Made by a program: the position numbers and the translations under genes. The notes beneath the pieces were generated by a model. The model saw nothing but the letters and a program-made list of their open reading frames with translations. It had not been told where the DNA came from and did no database searches. A stretch of DNA of 64,000 nt from Eukaryota sp. TZLM1-RC (Eukaryota > Protista > Metamonada: BaSk clade), in the NCBI GenBank assembly GCA_040285825.1, contig JAUPSS010000005.1:620001-684000 (forward strand), written 5' to 3'. Below are positions 62,853 to 64,000 of the stretch, piece by piece (position 1 is the first letter of the stretch; every line of letters starts with the position of its first letter).

Positions 62853-64000
62853 ATATTTGTCTAAGTTTTTGATTATCACGTTATTGATGATATATCATGA
62901 CGTCACAATTGATGACGTGGCGGATAATTGAGGGCGCTTACAGGTTGTATAGCTTTGTTTTGATATCTAATTTGGTTTTTCTCTTTGTAATTATCTTATC
63001 TTTTCTTTAATAACATTGTGTATTTTTTTCTGCATTGTTAAAGGTAAAATTGGATGTCAAATCAATTTAATGGAGTTTTAATTTAACTTTTCCATTTATT
63101 TCAATTGGAATTTGTAGTTTAGCTAATTAAGAACATAAATTAAATGTCTGTAGTACTTGTTTTCACAATTCACATAGCCAGTTTCTCAATCGAATAAGAT
63201 ATTGGGGTTTAGGCTGTGCTTGCTTACAAGGAAAAATTTGTTTGTCAAGGTCATAACCCTACAAAATTATATACTTGCTCGGTGTTCAAACTTTAAAACA
63301 ATCAATTCTTTTCTTCATTTTGTATAGGGGTTTGAAACAGATGTACTGTGTTTCACAAATGAACGTCATCAGCAATGACCTTGTTGTTGAGTTTTCAATA
63401 CAATTCAGATACAAGTTGCTATTGGTTGGTAGCTGTACTGAAAATAATGAAAATATACCTCCAGGTAAAAAGAGACGTTCATTATAGGTTAACAATAAAC
63501 TTTATGGACCTGAAATATTGAATGGGTTGCTCAAGACTGATTTGTCAATCTGCAAAACTTCTATAACAGAAAAACTATGGGTAGACGTTGAATTTTTTGG
63601 AGTAACCTCCAAAATTGAATTCAGCCAAAAATCATGAAGAGGGAGATGTAATACGTAGATTATTTACATTTGTTTCACAGCAAATTCTTAAGCTCAATAA
63701 GGTCATTATTGTTGCATTGTTCGACAAATGGATTTCAATTGAATTCTCAATCACATTATCAAGGTCCCTGAATAGCTGATCTTTTACGACATTACATGAA
63801 AGTTTCCAAATTTTTGATCACATCATTTTTCTCATCATCCCCTGCACTCAACCCCTGTATTAGTCTCACTGGCCTGTGATGTCTCTGAATCCAAAACTCC
63901 AATATATATAAAACAAAAAATTAAAGAGAACATGTGGAAAGGGAACGTGGCAGTCGAAGCTAAACACTGACTTCACGCAAAATACTGTGAAGTGAAATAC

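Noticed and set aside
1-64000. Stop-codon reassignment to explain split ORFs
   Set aside because: Conserved genes end normally at TAA, TAG and TGA; splits are explained by short introns or TE decay
1-64000. CRISPR array, tRNA, rRNA or snRNA genes
   Set aside because: No repeat-spacer array or recognisable structured RNA gene seen by eye; a covariance search was not possible
63180-64000. Degenerate minus-strand coding remnant at the right edge
   Set aside because: Multiple stops and no assignable motif

Overview
AT-rich eukaryotic (protist-like) genomic DNA, standard genetic code. About 18 compact host genes are present: oligoribonuclease, a PCI-like protein, DDRGK1/UFBP1, three RING-B-box TRIM-like genes, a PP4/PP6-type phosphatase, a TUG-UBL/ARM protein, SF3A2, Ataxin-2/Pbp1, an IQ-motif pseudokinase, eIF2-gamma, a RING-MFS transporter fusion, an LRR protein, epsinR and a CEP70-like protein. 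Seven of these genes contain eight spliceosomal introns of only 28-32 nt. The gaps are filled with mobile-element debris: at least four families of CRE-like RT/restriction-like-endonuclease (RLE) non-LTR retrotransposons (one nearly intact copy at 42.9-46.2 kb), a MULE transposase remnant, and four remnants of Fanzor1 (eukaryotic TnpB-like RNA-guided nuclease). Main leads: (1) three Fanzor 3' ends, which is the omegaRNA-bearing part, sit co-oriented 65-75 nt upstream of host ubiquitin-system genes; (2) a near-perfect 581-bp inverted repeat capped by retroelement 3' ends brackets DDRGK1; (3) a TRIM-like paralog pair has a conserved N-terminus and a hypervariable C-terminal domain; (4) a RING finger is spliced onto an MFS transporter. 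All calls come from manual motif reading, with no database search.
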